Shown: positions 43,062 through 54,523 of the stretch, one piece after another
How positions within the stretch are numbered: the first letter of the stretch is position 1
How the letters are laid out: every line of letters begins with the position of its first letter
Source of the DNA: Minutocellus sp. GHC0000111
Lineage: Eukaryota
Direction of reading: 5' to 3'
Length of the DNA: 64,000 nt
Assembly: GCA_977018835.1 (NCBI GenBank)
Contig: OZ361259.1
Span: forward strand, 2,914,001-2,978,000
Program-made: the position numbers and the translations under genes
Notes under the pieces: generated by a model
The model's input: only the letters and a program-made list of their open reading frames with translations
The model's database searches: none
Told to the model about the DNA's origin: nothing

Positions 43062-44918
43062 ATGGCGCGGTATGATCTCGCCTTCTTCCTCTGCTGCTGC
43101 AATGCGTTTTTGCGCACTGATCAGGACACTGCCAGTGCTGCAGAGGCCGAGGATTACTACGGCCTTCTGGGCATCGAGGCCGATGCGACTCCCGAGGAGA
43201 TCAAGAGGGCCTACAAGAGGCAATCGCTAAAGTTCCACCCGGACAAGCTAGCCCAACGTGGCATTCAAGTCACTGCCGCCGATCAGGAGCAGTTCACCAA
43301 CATGAAGCATGCGTACGAAGTGCTGTCCGATCCCCACAAACGAGAGACCTATGACGCCATCGGTGCCAAGGGATTGAAGTGGACGGAGGAACCCTTCTCA
43401 ATGGACCCGGCCGAGTTGGCGCACAACTTTGCGACCAGCAGCGTGATTGACCGCTCAAAGGTATTTGCCATCTTTGTTGCCATTGCCATTGGCATCTTTG
43501 TCCAGCCCATCCTTATCTGCCTGATGGTCGATGGTGTGTTCGGTCCGAAAGCCAATTGGTTTGCCGTTCTCACTCCACTCTGGTTATGGAACGCCTTTAT
43601 TCTGTTCTACCATGTTCGCGTGATTATGATGGGGCCAATCCCTAGGCCAGATGGTATTCCGGAAGAGGAGTGGATCGATCCGCTCCCCATGAAACGGCGG
43701 TACCTGTCATTGGCGAGATTCCTTCTCGTCATTGCTTTCGAGATTTTGGTCGTTCTTCGCTTGCAGAATATAATTGACTGGAAGTGGTCCATCCTGTTCA
43801 TTCCAATCTTTATTTTGGAGGCCGTGACGCTGTACAAGAAGATTCCGATTGCACGAATGCAGATTGTAACAGTCGAAGAATTGGAGACGACGATAATGAA
43901 CAAACCATCTGCTGAATTTACGCCAGAAGAGAAGGACGCCATCTCCAAGGCGTATACGGTCGTCCCTTCGCACAATAGTCCAGAATTTGCTGGGGCTTAC
44001 AAAATGAAGATCCGTTCCCGACGGGAGATAATGCGTTTGTTCCTTCGAGTGTTGTTTGTTGTCTTCTTTGTCTTACAACTCGATCTCGGCCTCGATTGGA
44101 GCTGGTGGTTGGTCTTCATTCCTGTTTGGGTTGCATCATTTTGCGTATGCTTTGGCAGTGTTCAGAATTTTGTGTTCATCCAAAGCGTTGCAGCCGAGAA
44201 GGACCCCGAGACTTTTGGTGGCGATTCGGCCAATGGCAATAGTGATGGCAACGATACTGGTGTCGATGTTGAGAATCAAGCAAACTATGGAGCTATGGGT
44301 GATTGTGATAGTCCTGGCGGTGATAATCAAGAACCCATCACTCCAGAGGAAAGAGAGGCCCTGAAGGTACAAATTGCCGTGAGCGGGCAGCAAGTCGTTA
44401 GTTCATGCTGCTCGCAATCCTTCTTCTTGCTGATTGTTTGTCTTCTGGTGGCAAAGCTTCAGAATCCAGACGTCTACGCGGCCATGTGGGTCATATTCCC
44501 CCTTCTCCTAATTGCAGGCATAATATTATGTTGCCTGGGCTGCATGATATTTTGCGTATCCGAAGAAATCCCCGATTTTGACGGCATGGCAGCTGCTGAA
44601 GCCGGACAACCAACTGCAGGATATTCAAACCCTGAAATGGGAAATACTGGCGTCGACGGTGGAGGAGGAAATGGAGATGCAAATGTAGTGTATGTTCCAC
44701 CACCACCACCACCACCACCGGGATTGCCGACGGCAGAAACGCAACCAGCAAAGGCTGAAGAATCTGTTTCAGCAACTGCCAATGCCGAAAACTCCAACGC
44801 GAATACTGTCGACCTTCTCGATACTTCACCTCCCGCACCCGCACAAGGACAATCCGAGGAAACAAAAGATGCTGCAATTGATACGCAAGTTGTCCATTCG
44901 ATCAATTCGCTCGATTAG
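43062..44918 (+). CDS. DnaJ-domain multi-pass membrane protein (TMEM185-like W..V..P.W repeats)
   Basis: J-domain DYYGLLG...IKRAYKRQSLKFHPDK...AYEVLSDP. TM repeats NWFAVLTPLW, WKWSILFIPIF, WSWWLVFIPVW. Confidence 0.9.
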   Translation: MARYDLAFFLCCCNAFLRTDQDTASAAEAEDYYGLLGIEADATPEEIKRAYKRQSLKFHPDKLAQRGIQVTAADQEQFTNMKHAYEVLSDPHKRETYDAIGAKGLKWTEEPFSMDPAELAHNFATSSVIDRSKVFAIFVAIAIGIFVQPILICLMVDGVFGPKANWFAVLTPLWLWNAFILFYHVRVIMMGPIPRPDGIPEEEWIDPLPMKRRYLSLARFLLVIAFEILVVLRLQNIIDWKWSILFIPIFILEAVTLYKKIPIARMQIVTVEELETTIMNKPSAEFTPEEKDAISKAYTVVPSHNSPEFAGAYKMKIRSRREIMRLFLRVLFVVFFVLQLDLGLDWSWWLVFIPVWVASFCVCFGSVQNFVFIQSVAAEKDPETFGGDSANGNSDGNDTGVDVENQANYGAMGDCDSPGGDNQEPITPEEREALKVQIAVSGQQVVSSCCSQSFFLLIVCLLVAKLQNPDVYAAMWVIFPLLLIAGIILCCLGCMIFCVSEEIPDFDGMAAAEAGQPTAGYSNPEMGNTGVDGGGGNGDANVVYVPPPPPPPPGLPTAETQPAKAEESVSATANAENSNANTVDLLDTSPPAPAQGQSEETKDAAIDTQVVHSINSLD

Positions 44919-44975
44919 AATTTTGCTTTGAATATAGATCTACATATCCATAAATTACATTAAACATCTGTACAA

Positions 44976-45860
44976 TTACGCAACTTTTGAGCACAAATAG
45001 CAGTTCCAAAATACGCTGACAATGTTCGATACAATCACTCGAAGACTCTCGGGCACAAATGCAAAAGTACAGAGTTGGGCTGGAATCCATACTATCCAAT
45101 TGGCTAGGAACACAGACAATAGATTGCCTCCAGACATCATCTTCGTTGTTGCCCTCTGCAAGACCGGTCCCAGAGCTTGTAGACCGAGGATTGCCTCGCA
45201 GTAATCGTATACATAGTAGTACACAGGATAGAATAGTATGATGCCAATGGTCTGGTCCAGTAACACCTGCAGGAGAACTTGCTGTTTTCTTGACGTATTG
45301 TATCGCTTTTGCAGATGAGAGCCCAGAGTCCACAAATAACCATAAAAAATGTGTAGGTACGGCCCCACAAACACCATTCCTGACGCCGCAAATGATGCCA
45401 TTCGAAGTACGTTGAGTTTGTTGCCTCCAATAGAAGTGAATGTTCCCACCCGAGCCTCAATCAGCTGTGCTATTATGTCACCGAGTAGAGCAATGACTCC
45501 AGCACTTATTGCGTTTGCTGATAGAGGCTTTCGTTCCAGCCAGCTCATGTAGGCGCTACAAGCATTCGAACAGGACCCTTTCAGTCTATTTGACATGGAC
45601 GCCAGAGATCTTCGCACTGAACCACCATCGTCATAATCGGCATCAATGATGCCTGACGTACGAGTACCAGCGAAGAGCTCAGCTGAGTTGGAAGCACAGA
45701 CGACACGTCTTTGGGGCACTCTGCTGCTTGCCCGCTCGCGGACTTTCGAGCTGAAGGCGGAGGCCCCGCTGATCGTATCAGCGTAGAGCGCGCTTATGGC
45801 CAAAGCGAAGCATGCTGTGCAGGAGCGGCGGCGGCGGGGAGGAGCAGAGGAGGCGGCCAT
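44976..45860 (-). CDS. Mpv17/PMP22 family membrane protein
   Basis: YMSWLERKPL, GDIIAQ, GPYLHIFY, DQTIG, NWIVWIPAQ...VP...V...VSVFWNCYL. Likely start ATG 45860 with a signal ending GASA|FSS. Confidence 0.88.
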   Translation of the reverse strand: MAASSAPPRRRRSCTACFALAISALYADTISGASAFSSKVRERASSRVPQRRVVCASNSAELFAGTRTSGIIDADYDDGGSVRRSLASMSNRLKGSCSNACSAYMSWLERKPLSANAISAGVIALLGDIIAQLIEARVGTFTSIGGNKLNVLRMASFAASGMVFVGPYLHIFYGYLWTLGSHLQKRYNTSRKQQVLLQVLLDQTIGIILFYPVYYYVYDYCEAILGLQALGPVLQRATTKMMSGGNLLSVFLANWIVWIPAQLCTFAFVPESLRVIVSNIVSVFWNCYLCSKVA

Positions 45861-46086
45861 GGCTGCCACGCATACACGCATACTTGTGTGAACTAATTTC
45901 TTGCGCACAGAGAAAAGCATCGTCATCGGCTGACGGCCAGACAGATTTGTTTCCTCAATCAAAAGGGAGTGCGTGCGTACGCGTGGCGGCGAAACCGCCA
46001 CCATCAATCCGAATTCATTCAAATGACTTATTCCAGCCGATGCTTGTGCTGGTTGTAAGTAGACGTGTACATACAATATAAGCGCC

Positions 46087-47542
46087 ATGAACAGCCCGTT
46101 GTTAAGATGGGACGTCTCTAGTCCGAGGGAAGTGGCCCTGGCGAGAATGATGGCTCTCGGCATTCCTGTCGAAGCTTCTTCCTCAACATTCTCACTACCG
46201 ATACCAGCATCTGAGAACAATGCCGATGCGGACCAAAAAGAAGAGTTGGGCATAGCGCTGAGTGGCAGCGATGGGCTGGCGGCACCTCTCACAACATTGC
46301 TTTCATGCACATATGACGAATGGCTTCGATCAACACGCATGCGTTGCAAGCAGGTGGAAATGGAAATGACTGAGGGAGTCCATGATGAGGAGAAGAAGAA
46401 TGAAGACGATGACGATCAACACGACCATTCTACTTCATGTCTCTTCATCGTACACGAAACCCAAGCAACTGATTCTCTGAGGCGTGTGCTACAACTTCAC
46501 ACTAAAGTATGCCAACTAGACTCGACACTCGCGGAAGAATTGGAGAGGGAGGGCTCTCACGCCGTTCTGGCCAAATTGATTCGATTCGATCTGCAAAGTG
46601 AAATGGACAGGGCTAGTTTTGCATCGTTCGATATGCCCGAAGAGGATGCAGATGCTGTGATGGAGCTGCAAGACTTAGCCTGTGAGATCGGTTCCATGTC
46701 TGGTGGATCATTCCCAATCAAGGTGGCACCATTTACGAGAGAGGAGCTTCGCTCTCGCTTGCCTCTCCGATTTTCTTGTTCATCGGTAGCAGGAAGCCAC
46801 GAGGAATTGGATTGTCAACAACACCAAATCCTCATACATCAGGTTACAGCTCGGCGGCAAGGAGCACAGGAGGATGTTTGGCTTTGTTATGTGGCCATCG
46901 GCCGTGGCCTTAGCTTCGTGGGTGGCAACCAACCCATCAAAAGTGCTCGGTAAGAAATGCCTCGAAATTGGAGCCGGATGTGGTCTAACTGGACTTGCAA
47001 CAGCTTCCATCTTTTCTGCTGCCAAAGAAAGTATCGGATCGTCACAAATAATCCTCACAGATTTCAATGATACCGTCCTTCAGAATGCTGACCGAAATAT
47101 CCGCCTGAATGAATTGGATGGCTGCGCATCTACCTCAAAGCTTGATTTTTACGTCCAGACCGGCACAAGCATTGATGGCGGTTGGATCGATGGAGGAGGA
47201 AATGCCCAAGAGCCCGTAGATGTCGTCCTTGCTGCCGACGTAATATGCAAGCCTGAGGACGCAGTGGCCGCAGCAAATACCATCTATGACGCCCTCCGTC
47301 CTGGTGGACACGCTTATGTGATATCGGCAGATGCCCAGCATAGATTTGGCGTCGACCGATTCCGTGATGAATGCTTGCGTATTGGACTTGCAGTGGAGAC
47401 ATCAAATGTTTCCAATATGTATGATGGGGCACTTATTTCTTCATCACAAGGAGAGGGTGGTAAGCGAGGAATTGAGCAATGTTTTGGGTATGTCGATGGA
47501 ATGACGCTCACGTTCTTTCATGTGTCCAAGCCCCGACCTTAA
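46087..47542 (+). CDS. METTL21/METTL23-like (family 16) protein methyltransferase; 1-nt frameshift near 46877
   Basis: Removing one T from gatgtttggc gives QEDVGFVMWPSAVALA, followed by LEIGAGCGLTG, ILTDFN and DVVLAADVI. Confidence 0.88.
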
Positions 47543-47689
47543 TACAACTGCCACCGAACCAAATAGAATGTAGAATAGAATCATACAGTCTTGTGAAAAT
47601 AAACAATTGTATCTCTTTGTTATCTTGCCTGCATTAACATTTACCTTGGCCATTTCATTTCCACAAACAAACAAACAATTTAGGCGTTC

Positions 47690-50600
47690 CTAAATAACCA
47701 CGCAGATGAGCACCGAGGAAATAAGTAGCATAACCGCCGTCGCCCCGCTCGCAAAATCAATGCCTAGCCCCGCGGCACTGGTTACGCTACTTGTCCCAAC
47801 TCTACCACAAGAGTACTCATTGGCAATCACAATATTCCATGCAACACTCTCATCAGATGCCTGGTTGCAATCGACCGTGGAAATTTCGCGAGCCGATGCA
47901 CTGGAACAATTATCTTCGCTGCACTCCCACGACACACACCTATCTGCGCGCGTCAGCGGAGTAATCTGGTTCCGTTCATAATACCAGCGTTCCATTTGAT
48001 CCCCGGTGGCATCGCCATCCATCACTACCAAACCACTGGAGGTAGATGGATCGTAAGCGATGCATATGGAAGAATCACTGTCGAGGCACCATTGAGTATT
48101 TTCACTCGGGACGAGCCCTTCTCGGAATAAAGTTTCAAAGTCATCATCATTATCAAAGCAAGGGGCGAGTCCAACGAAAGGAGTTCGTGACGAGGAGGTG
48201 TCGACACCCAAGCACATGTCACAATTGTCCTCGCTTTCAATTGAAATAAGCACGCCCTGAAGTGCACCTGGGGCCCTGCCAGTAGGTTTGCAGCTACCCG
48301 ACCACCGAAGGAATTCTTCAACATCCCAATTTTTCTTATTCAGCGAGCTCAGACTGCACTCCTCGATGAAGACATCGGTTTCATCGGTCGCCATGCAAAG
48401 GCCGTCGGAAATGCGAGGAGAGATCTCATCGGTCTGTGAATCGAAGTACCAAATCAAGTTCTGATTGTTTGGCTCATCGTCTGGATCGACCAGCTCGATG
48501 CCTCCATTGGTGTACAACAGACATATGTCGACATCTCGATTGCAAAACGTGGTTCCGCCTGAAGAGGGCGCCTCCTCCCAGTACTTGAGGTACGCCCGAT
48601 CATCCGAATAGAAGCAGTTGGTAACTTCAAGACGAGGATTTATGCACAATTCACTTGAGCTGCAGCCGGTGATGGCTACACACAAATCGCAGTCTTCATC
48701 CGAATTAAGGAATACAATCTTGCCGTCGGTGCGTTGCACTTCAAGAGTTTGGCAGGTGTTCTCTTGTTCGCCGGGATCTTCAATTCGCCACTGCTGAGAC
48801 AGATCGCTACTGATGCAGGGGACCATCGTCAGATCCCTCTGGTTGCTGGCAACGCTGACGCATAGCTCTTCACTGCTAGCATGAGTAACGTGAAAGTTGA
48901 CAAAGTCATAAAACCACAATTGAGAGTCAGACGACACTGCGGACCTCGATCGAATGCTGAGACGGCTTCCGTCAAGGGGATCGCCCGATGTAACGCAAAG
49001 CGTCGCGTCGGCAACAAGACACCAACGGGAGGCAAGGCTGTTCTCGTCATTCTCGAATCTCCATTCGAGTCGATCACGTGCAGTAGCAGCACAATCCATC
49101 CACTGAAGATTGGCCCCATTACCGATGCTGGTAACCCCGATGCACATGTCGCAATCGTTCGGATCGTTGAGGAACATGACCTGCCCACTGTTCCTTTCGC
49201 CTTGTCCTTGGAATACGTCCCATTCTTGGTTGCTGCCGAGATCACAATTGAAGGCCCGGATCTCCTCCCCGACGCTATCGGAGTTGAATTGCATGCACTG
49301 ATTAGAGCTTCGGATCTCAAAATCTCCATCCTCTCCGTCAGCATGCGTCCAAATCTGGAGAGCGTCACCGGTATTGCACGTAGCAAGGCGTAGAAGGTTT
49401 CCCTGGCTAGTGCTCGATCTGGAAGCACATCGATCCCGGTCGGCATTGAGACGAAGCATGTTGTCTTCATCGTAGTACCAGATGCGTCGGTCATCTTTAT
49501 CACAAGTGAAATGCGAGAGGACGGTACCAGAAAAGGTATTGACCGTACCAAGACAGCGATTCTCATTTCCTCGGGGTCGGATTTCCACAAGTTCTGCGGT
49601 GCGACCACTACCGTTGATGGTAACCTGTTCTTCCCACCGCTGATTTGATTGGCCATCGCATGAGTATGTAAAAATATCCTGCCCAACGCTGGAACTACCG
49701 TACTCCATGCACTGGCTCGAGCCAGAGAGGCGGAGTTCGTTGTTTCCGTCGTCATACCTCCACTCCTGATTGCTTCTCCCAACGACGCAATTGCGCAATT
49801 CAACACGCTCGCCGGTCCCCGTTCTTTGAGCACAGCGGTTGGGATTTGCCTTGAGGCGCAGCAGATTGTCATCGTCAAGAGACCAAAGACCGAAATCATT
49901 GTCCTCGTCGCATTCAATCAACTGGAGGATGGTGAATTCGTTGGCATCGTCAACTCCAAGACATTTATCTGTGCTGCCAAAAACCTGATACATCACATAG
50001 TCTCCAGAGTCTGCTCCGAATTCCCACATCTGGTCCGCTCCGGCATCGCAAGTGTAGGCCAAAACTTCTACGTCTGATTCGTACTGCATGCAGCGATTCC
50101 AATCGGCATTCTGCATCTCTCCATTTTGATTCGCGTTATACTCCCATCGCTGGAAGCTGTCGTTGGCAAAGCAATCGACCAAGCGAAGCCGAGCTCCTTC
50201 TCCTCCATTGGATAGAGCTGCACACGCAGTCGGATCAGAATAGAGACGAAGGAGATTGTTGCTTCCTAGACGCCAAAGGCGAAATCCATCAAAGTCTCCC
50301 TGAAGGCAACTTTCGAGCTCCAAAAAGTTGCTACCGCTGGTAGACGTGGAAGGAGCCGCAAGGCATCGATCCTCATCGGCAAATCGGACATAGTCATAGT
50401 CTCCATAGTCAAATTCCTGATTAGTCGAGCCACATATTCTCATCTCAATCTGATCATCATCTCCGCTGATGGGCTCCCAGCAATTACCCTCCGATTGCAC
50501 CAGTAGATTCCCATCGATGTCATAATCCCACTGCTGCTTCGTATCAAGCTCATCGCAAAAATCTAAAACGACATCGGATCCAAATCCAACTTCTCGTCGG

Positions 50601-51763
50601 GCGCAGCGGTTGGTATCCGCATTAAGACGGAAGAGCTGCCCATCGCGCTGCCAAGTCTGCAAGTCACTTCCATCTCCCACACAGCTTTCCAACCGCAGAC
50701 GCGTGCCACTGCTGGTGCTCGAGACTCCGACGCACTTGTCCGTATCTGTCGCAAAGCGTATTTTCTTGAACTCGCTAAAGACGATATTATTGTCTGGTGT
50801 GGGATCAATATTGGACGAGCTGGTCCGTGCCCATTCCTGGTCTGACCCGCCGTCGCATGATCTGGTGATGACCTCGGTGAGGATATCTTCGGAAAAGTCA
50901 AACTGCATACAACGGGAAGAATCACGGAGGCGGAGCTCGGTGCCATCAAATCTCCAGCGCTGACTGCTAATACCAGTATTGCAGGACTGCAATTCCACGG
51001 CAAAGCCAGAGCCCACGCGCTCGGCGCAGCGCGATGGATCGGCCCGAAGCTGCAGCTGATTGGTATCCGGATTGAGCCTCCAGAGGCGCCGATCGTCATC
51101 GTCGCACTCAAACAGCTCTAGGGGGGTGTTGGTCGAGGTAGAATCGGCACCAAGACAACGATTGTCATTGTCACGAACGTAGTAGCGCATGTACTCGCCA
51201 TCGCCGTCGCCATTCTCACTCGTAACGACGCTCTCAAATTCCTGATCCGACCCAAAATCACAGCTGCGCGTAATGACATCCTCCCGGAAGGACTCGCTGT
51301 TGTACTGCATGCACCTCGACGAGTCTCGGAGGCGGATCTGCCGATCGTCGAACCTCCAGCGCTGGTTGGACAGGGTGGTGTCGCAGTCCCGAATCTCCAC
51401 GACGTTTCCCGAACCGATGCGCTCGGCGCAGCGGTTGGGGTTGGCCCGAAGTTCGAGCTGATCGTCGCCGTTGATTCGCCACTGCTGCAGGTCGTCGTTG
51501 GCGTCGCAGTCATAGAGCTGCACCGGCTGGCCGCGGGAGGACGTGCCAACTCCGAGGCACCGATTGCTGTTGCCGTACACCTGGAAGAGGGCGTAGTCCG
51601 ACTGAGCGTGGGTGTATCCCACGAGGGTGGTGAGGGAAAGAAGGAGGAGGGGAAAGCGAAGGGATGACGACGAGAAGCACATGATGCTTTCAGATGCAGC
51701 AGCATGACGTGACAGCGAAGAAGGGGTTACGCCGTTCCGGCCTTTGCGGCGGCGGCTTCTCAT
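47690..51763 (-). CDS. Cell-surface lectin-like protein with about 9 tandem ricin-B (beta-trefoil) domains, probable GPI anchor
   Basis: Signal peptide (LLLLSLTTLVGYTHA|Q). Dozens of CL.V......L..C.....QxW subdomains. C-terminal S/A-rich omega-like site and a hydrophobic tail with no cytosolic part. Confidence 0.88.
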   Translation of the reverse strand: MRSRRRKGRNGVTPSSLSRHAAASESIMCFSSSSLRFPLLLLSLTTLVGYTHAQSDYALFQVYGNSNRCLGVGTSSRGQPVQLYDCDANDDLQQWRINGDDQLELRANPNRCAERIGSGNVVEIRDCDTTLSNQRWRFDDRQIRLRDSSRCMQYNSESFREDVITRSCDFGSDQEFESVVTSENGDGDGEYMRYYVRDNDNRCLGADSTSTNTPLELFECDDDDRRLWRLNPDTNQLQLRADPSRCAERVGSGFAVELQSCNTGISSQRWRFDGTELRLRDSSRCMQFDFSEDILTEVITRSCDGGSDQEWARTSSSNIDPTPDNNIVFSEFKKIRFATDTDKCVGVSSTSSGTRLRLESCVGDGSDLQTWQRDGQLFRLNADTNRCARREVGFGSDVVLDFCDELDTKQQWDYDIDGNLLVQSEGNCWEPISGDDDQIEMRICGSTNQEFDYGDYDYVRFADEDRCLAAPSTSTSGSNFLELESCLQGDFDGFRLWRLGSNNLLRLYSDPTACAALSNGGEGARLRLVDCFANDSFQRWEYNANQNGEMQNADWNRCMQYESDVEVLAYTCDAGADQMWEFGADSGDYVMYQVFGSTDKCLGVDDANEFTILQLIECDEDNDFGLWSLDDDNLLRLKANPNRCAQRTGTGERVELRNCVVGRSNQEWRYDDGNNELRLSGSSQCMEYGSSSVGQDIFTYSCDGQSNQRWEEQVTINGSGRTAELVEIRPRGNENRCLGTVNTFSGTVLSHFTCDKDDRRIWYYDEDNMLRLNADRDRCASRSSTSQGNLLRLATCNTGDALQIWTHADGEDGDFEIRSSNQCMQFNSDSVGEEIRAFNCDLGSNQEWDVFQGQGERNSGQVMFLNDPNDCDMCIGVTSIGNGANLQWMDCAATARDRLEWRFENDENSLASRWCLVADATLCVTSGDPLDGSRLSIRSRSAVSSDSQLWFYDFVNFHVTHASSEELCVSVASNQRDLTMVPCISSDLSQQWRIEDPGEQENTCQTLEVQRTDGKIVFLNSDEDCDLCVAITGCSSSELCINPRLEVTNCFYSDDRAYLKYWEEAPSSGGTTFCNRDVDICLLYTNGGIELVDPDDEPNNQNLIWYFDSQTDEISPRISDGLCMATDETDVFIEECSLSSLNKKNWDVEEFLRWSGSCKPTGRAPGALQGVLISIESEDNCDMCLGVDTSSSRTPFVGLAPCFDNDDDFETLFREGLVPSENTQWCLDSDSSICIAYDPSTSSGLVVMDGDATGDQMERWYYERNQITPLTRADRCVSWECSEDNCSSASAREISTVDCNQASDESVAWNIVIANEYSCGRVGTSSVTSAAGLGIDFASGATAVMLLISSVLICVVI

Positions 51764-52066
51764 GGTTGTGGTGATGGTGAAGGGCACTTGAATATTATTA
51801 CACTTTCGTCGCAACTAAGTATCTGGTATTTCTACATGTACCGTTTGTGTTCACCGGTATCTCTCGTTGAATGATCAATCGTTTCTCGCATGAAGTTTTG
51901 GCACGAACGATGCGTTGAATTTGCAGGTGCGAACTCTGCGAGTCAGCCGCGCCAAGGGGGTCGGCTGGCGTGCGCCCCGGCTTGCTCGCGCTCGTTTGAA
52001 TTTTCCCTCATTTGTATTGTTCCGCGTTCCGCCGATGCTCCCTTCTCTCTTCATAACCTAAGCAGC

Positions 52067-54523
52067 ATGAGCAGCAAGAGTGGCACCGGTAGCAAGCAGC
52101 AGACGTCGCTCTTCTCCTTCTTTGGCGGAGGGCAGCCGAGTGCTGGCACGTCCGCCTCTTCTTCATCATCGGCGTCCTCCAAGAAGAGGGCCAAGCCAAA
52201 GGCCGATGCAAGCAAAAAGGGAAGTACATGTAATGCCAAGGGAGGAAGCAAGAAGATTGCTACCGCTGGTGGAAGCAGCAAGAGCAAGAATAAAACGAAA
52301 ACAAAAGCCGCCAGAGCTTCGGCACCGCCATTGGCTACTAGGCCTACCTCCACCAAAAAGAGGCGCATTGCTTCGGGTAAAGATGAGCCATGCATACCCG
52401 GCGCAGCAGCCACATCCACCACCACACCTCGAAAGCCGTCAAAGGTCATCGAGAATGCTCCAGACTTTTCCACCTTCTCGTATTCCCAAAATGAGAGTGC
52501 TCCTGCTGCGGCGGATGATACGCCCATGTCGGCAGCCACGGCGCGGACAGCCGCGTCGACTCCATCGTCTTCACCATTACCATCGTCCGCAACAACCCCC
52601 TCGGACGCGGCAAATGCCAATGCCGACGTACAAATGAAAGCGGTGGGGAAGGAGTATGTAACAAACAATGCAGATGACACGGAATCGCCATCTACTGAAA
52701 AGGAGGTTACTGGCATAGTTTCGGAAAACGCTCAGGCTTTGAACGAAGTTCAGAAGGATACTACTGCAAATGGTAATGCTGATAATGACAATGATGATGA
52801 CGACAATGATGGTGAGAGTGAGACCAAGAATGACAAATGCAATTCCGACGACGATGACGACGATGATGATGGTGATTCCTCGTCCGACTCTGATGCCGAG
52901 TCAACTGCAGCACGGGGAGAGTATCAGCTCTCGGAGTATGAATTGTTCCGACTTCGCAACATAGAGCGGAACAATCGGCGACTGGCCGAGCTCGGTTTGG
53001 CCGGAGGTTGGTCGTCCGCCATGCCGTCCAATGCCAATGAGAAGCGGCAAAAGGCAAAGAAGAAGTCCAGAAAGAAGGTCAAGGGAGATACGACGAAGAC
53101 CAGAACACCGGCCATGCCTACTAGAAGATCCACTCGCTCTCGTCGGACTGTATTGGAAGCTGCTGCGGAGGGTGAGGGTACGTTTGGAGCTAGCAACCTC
53201 CTGGCTGATGTCCCCACGTACCAAGAGAAGGCAGAGGCCAATGAAGAGCCTGTGGAGGAAGTATTCACAGTGTCGCCCATGTTGGAATATGCAATGAATG
53301 CTGACAATGCCGCAACTACAGATGCTTCTGCTACTCTCGAAGAATGGCCCGCCACTGCACAAACCAGTGATATTCAATGCCTCGAGCCCATCGGGAAGCG
53401 TCTCGCTCCGCCCAACGGACTTGGTGCAATTTACAGCCTTCAGTTCTATCCTCGGGAATGGTGTCCAGAACAGCGATCGGAAAATCAAAGTTGGATAGTC
53501 GGAGCCGGCAAGGCTGGCATCATATCTTTGTGGGATTGTAATTGGAGTCGCGGCTCATCAGCATCAGCCGTAGAGGAAGATGACATGATCGATCCCGTTC
53601 TTTCATGGAAGGCTCACAGCGGTAGGTGGGTCGCCGATGTTCGATTTTTGCCGTCTACGTCGGGATCTGAGGGTGCAATCACAAAGTCACCGCCATCGCG
53701 ACTTTTGAGTGCAGCCAATGATGGATCCGTTTGCCTTTGGGACTTATCTACAGTATCGAGCCTGAATGGTAGCCCGAAACTACTCTGTCGAACTGGCAAG
53801 GAGCTTCACCGGAGCGGCATTTTTGCCATGGATGTCGATGTTGGGCAACACCATACACATGTTGCCACCGGTTCTAAAGATAAGACCGTCGCTGTAACCA
53901 CACTGGATGCTATCGCTCGTGGAAATGGATTCGCCGAGCCTTTTTTTGTCTCTGATTATCACACTGCCAAGGTTGGCGCAATCGCCATATGTGGCAAAGG
54001 AACATCGTTGCTTGCTAGCGCATCCGATGATGGGACCATTGCAGTCCACGACTTTCGAGCCGATGGTAAGAAACAAGTCGTGGCAGAATTGGTAGATGCT
54101 CACTATCGGCCACATTCAGTCAGTTGGGACCCCCTATCAGAAAATAATCTCATGACGGCAGGCCTTGACGACCAAGTCAAGGTCTTTGATATTCGCTCTT
54201 TGGACAAGCCGCTCTATACCTACCAAGGCCATGTTCCGACACTGTCCAAGTACAAGCGCATCCACCACCCAGTCTTTTACAATCCATGCCAGAGGACGGC
54301 AAGCTCGGAACTCTTTGTCTTGTCTGGAGGTGAGAGCTCGGCCGCCTTGTCCATGTTTAGGAATCAAGATGCCAAAGACGCCGCGGTTTCCGTCTACAGT
54401 AGAGGCCGATTACCAGCCGATTGCGGAGATGCTGGATGTCTGGCTATTCAAGGGCAACGAGTAGCGTCCACTGTCGATGGCGGAGAAGTACTTTTGCTCG
54501 CCCCGAAGCTTAATCAAGGTTGA
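52067..54523 (+). CDS. WDR76: WD40 protein, WDR76/Cmr1-like DNA-damage-binding family
   Basis: N-terminal PIP-like QQTSLFSFF, LSEYELFRLRNIERNNRRLAELGL, then WD repeats (LLSAANDGSVCLWD, LASASDDG, TAGLDDQVKVFD). Confidence 0.75.
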   Translation: MSSKSGTGSKQQTSLFSFFGGGQPSAGTSASSSSSASSKKRAKPKADASKKGSTCNAKGGSKKIATAGGSSKSKNKTKTKAARASAPPLATRPTSTKKRRIASGKDEPCIPGAAATSTTTPRKPSKVIENAPDFSTFSYSQNESAPAAADDTPMSAATARTAASTPSSSPLPSSATTPSDAANANADVQMKAVGKEYVTNNADDTESPSTEKEVTGIVSENAQALNEVQKDTTANGNADNDNDDDDNDGESETKNDKCNSDDDDDDDDGDSSSDSDAESTAARGEYQLSEYELFRLRNIERNNRRLAELGLAGGWSSAMPSNANEKRQKAKKKSRKKVKGDTTKTRTPAMPTRRSTRSRRTVLEAAAEGEGTFGASNLLADVPTYQEKAEANEEPVEEVFTVSPMLEYAMNADNAATTDASATLEEWPATAQTSDIQCLEPIGKRLAPPNGLGAIYSLQFYPREWCPEQRSENQSWIVGAGKAGIISLWDCNWSRGSSASAVEEDDMIDPVLSWKAHSGRWVADVRFLPSTSGSEGAITKSPPSRLLSAANDGSVCLWDLSTVSSLNGSPKLLCRTGKELHRSGIFAMDVDVGQHHTHVATGSKDKTVAVTTLDAIARGNGFAEPFFVSDYHTAKVGAIAICGKGTSLLASASDDGTIAVHDFRADGKKQVVAELVDAHYRPHSVSWDPLSENNLMTAGLDDQVKVFDIRSLDKPLYTYQGHVPTLSKYKRIHHPVFYNPCQRTASSELFVLSGGESSAALSMFRNQDAKDAAVSVYSRGRLPADCGDAGCLAIQGQRVASTVDGGEVLLLAPKLNQG

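Noticed and set aside
45861..46349. N-terminal extension of the Mpv17 ORF overlapping the methyltransferase
   Set aside because: Antisense to a better-supported gene. A plausible ATG with signal peptide lies at 45860.
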